NCBI GenBank assembly: GCA_963772365.1
Contig: CAVYXA010000001.1
Span: forward strand, 224,001 to 288,000
DNA: 64,000 nt
Source of the DNA: an uncultured Verrucomicrobiae bacterium
Lineage (GTDB): Bacteria; Verrucomicrobiota; Verrucomicrobiia; Chthoniobacterales; UBA10450
Reading direction: 5' to 3'
How positions within the stretch are numbered: position 1 is the first letter of the stretch; every line of letters begins with the position of its first letter. The translations under genes and the position numbers were made by a program. Below are positions 62,420 through 64,000 of the stretch, one piece after another. The notes beneath the pieces are model-generated. The model was not told where the DNA came from and made no database searches. It saw nothing but the letters and a program-made list of their open reading frames with translations.

Positions 62420-62448
62420 CGGATTCCAAACATTTCGGACGAAGTCCC

Positions 62449-62532
62449 TTTGGAGTGCGAGGCGTCCTCGCATCGCTTTTTAGAAAGTGTTTTGCGAATA
62501 GAAAGCGACGCGAGGACGCGTCGCACTCCAAA
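62449..62532. repeat. GGAG-type REP-like doublet between convergent genes
   Basis: TTTGGAGTGCGAGGCGTCCTCGCATCGCTTT ... AAAGCGACGCGAGGACGCGTCGCACTCCAAA. Confidence 0.85.
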
Positions 62533-62555
62533 AGCTGACGCGAAAAAGTAAACGA

Positions 62556-62990
62556 TTAATCGCGAGTTGATAGATCGATTGCAATTCGAAGCACACTATA
62601 GAAGAGCAGGACCGCCGCGATTGGAACGAGCCAAATCCCGAGACCGGGATCGCCGCCGTAAGTGACGATTCCACCCAGGAAAAATCCGAGTGGAAACAGA
62701 ATGCCCGCCCAAATCAGACAGAACGAAACTGATCTTCGCTGGACGAGGCGCTTTACGTTTCGCGCCGTCAGCCCGGCGATGATGTTGACAACGCCGAGCG
62801 CGGTTCCATGAGCATGAGCGAGGGTGAACATCAGACGCCGCATATCGTTTCCGACGTCCAAATAGAAGCCGATTTTGAAGCCGTGCAGAACCTCGAGCGC
62901 GCCGCCTAGCGATAGGAAAATCAGCAACGACCACCAACCGAAACGTAGGTTAGCATCAAAGGCGCCCGCGTGATCGGAGGTCGGTTTCAT
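62556..62990 (-). CDS. 4-TM membrane protein with conserved His residues
   Basis: LE.LHG, LAHAHG; coupled to the upstream cytochrome (ATGA overlap). Confidence 0.75.
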   Translation of the reverse strand: MKPTSDHAGAFDANLRFGWWSLLIFLSLGGALEVLHGFKIGFYLDVGNDMRRLMFTLAHAHGTALGVVNIIAGLTARNVKRLVQRRSVSFCLIWAGILFPLGFFLGGIVTYGGDPGLGIWLVPIAAVLLFYSVLRIAIDLSTRD

Positions 62991-64000
62991 TCGGCTAAAA
63001 AGATGCGGCGCTCGTCACGCTCATTTCGCAACCGCTGGACTTCATCCTGCTGAAAGCGCCCGCGATCATCAAGGAGCGTTTGCGATTCGAACACGGCGCT
63101 CGAGGGGCGCACTCGACGGGCCCATTTTCCCATCGCGAGCTCGGCCGCGCTTTCCAGGGAACGATCGTCCATTGTATAAGTAAACGAGAAATCGGAGAAA
63201 CTGGGCAAAGTTTGGAGCGATTTCCAGGCGTCGAATCGCACGGCGGCGTATGAATCGGTGAGCGTGTAAATGAGGTAGGGATAAAGCCAATCGATGCCTG
63301 CTGCTTGTTGCGCCGGCTGCCAGCCCATTCCCCACGCCACCAGCGCGCGCTGGCCGGCATCGCCTTTGATGATCCAATGCAACTCCCGCCGCGATTCGCT
63401 TTTGATCGTCCGATAAGTTCGTGACCGGGTTGATTGTACCAGTCATGTAATTTATCGGCGGTCCAGGAGAGGGTCTGATTGAGATGGCAAAGATTGCAGG
63501 CATTTGGCCGGCCGAACCGGTGCTCTCACGCACGTTAGGCGACGACACTTGATGACTGCGAATCGCGCGGAGCAATCCGAATGTAGTGTGCGGCATGTGA
63601 CAATTGTAACACCGGCTCCCGGGCGAATTTGCTGCATGATGCGTGTGCTCGGTGATTTTCGCCTGCGAAATTCTTGTGGCATTGCAAGCAGGCGTGATCG
63701 GTCTCCATTTTCGGCGCGAGCTGACCTGATCGCGCCCATTTCTCGAGCGATGCTTTTTGCAAATTCTGCGGATGCATTTCATGACAGGAGATGCAGGAGA
63801 ATTTTCCGCCTTTGAAGCAGGGCGATGCTTCTAAACCGTTGTATTCGCGTCCGGTCACTCGGATCATGCCGTCGCCCCAAAATCGGTTGGCGAAAAAATC
63901 CGGCTCGGTTCTGTGAATGAACTCTTTTTGCTCGGAGTGATCGCGCTGATTTGGTTGGACGACGAAACGTGCTACGAGATCGGAGTGACCGGGCCGGAAT
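62987..64000 (-). CDS. Multiheme cytochrome c, 3' part (frameshifted)
   Basis: CISCH, CLQCH, CYNCH motifs across frames; runs off the window end. Confidence 0.8.

Overview
64 kb of ordinary bacterial chromosome, most likely a soil Verrucomicrobiota (Chthoniobacterales-like) genome. That assignment is an inference from the TGTTC-N4-GAACA LexA boxes, PEP-CTERM proteins, a stand-alone SWIB protein and lpxI. Housekeeping genes include aroA-cmk-plsC, grpE-dnaJ, rsmE, hemW, udg, queA, zwf-opcA, glyA, an aspartate aminotransferase, ndk, prmA, tRNA-Gly, lexA-imuA-imuB and lpxI. Many conserved genes carry 1-bp frameshifts, mostly at 16-25 kb, which look like long-read consensus errors. Most notable observations: (1) a membrane-anchored peroxiredoxin-like selenoprotein candidate (in-frame UGA in W-U-P-L-C with a SECIS-like hairpin) that the ORF track splits in two; (2) at least four families of short palindromic REP-like elements, with three elements sitting in-frame inside protein-coding genes; (3) a ~4 kb accessory block with two toxin-antitoxin modules whose toxins are both dead, a Cu-storage protein and a putative PD-(D/E)XK defence nuclease; (4) a GH46/lysozyme-fold enzyme paired with an LprI-type inhibitor; (5) gene fusions (MBL nuclease-DNA ligase, LMW phosphatase-GlyA, tandem NDK). 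No CRISPR array, rRNA, integrase or transposase was seen.
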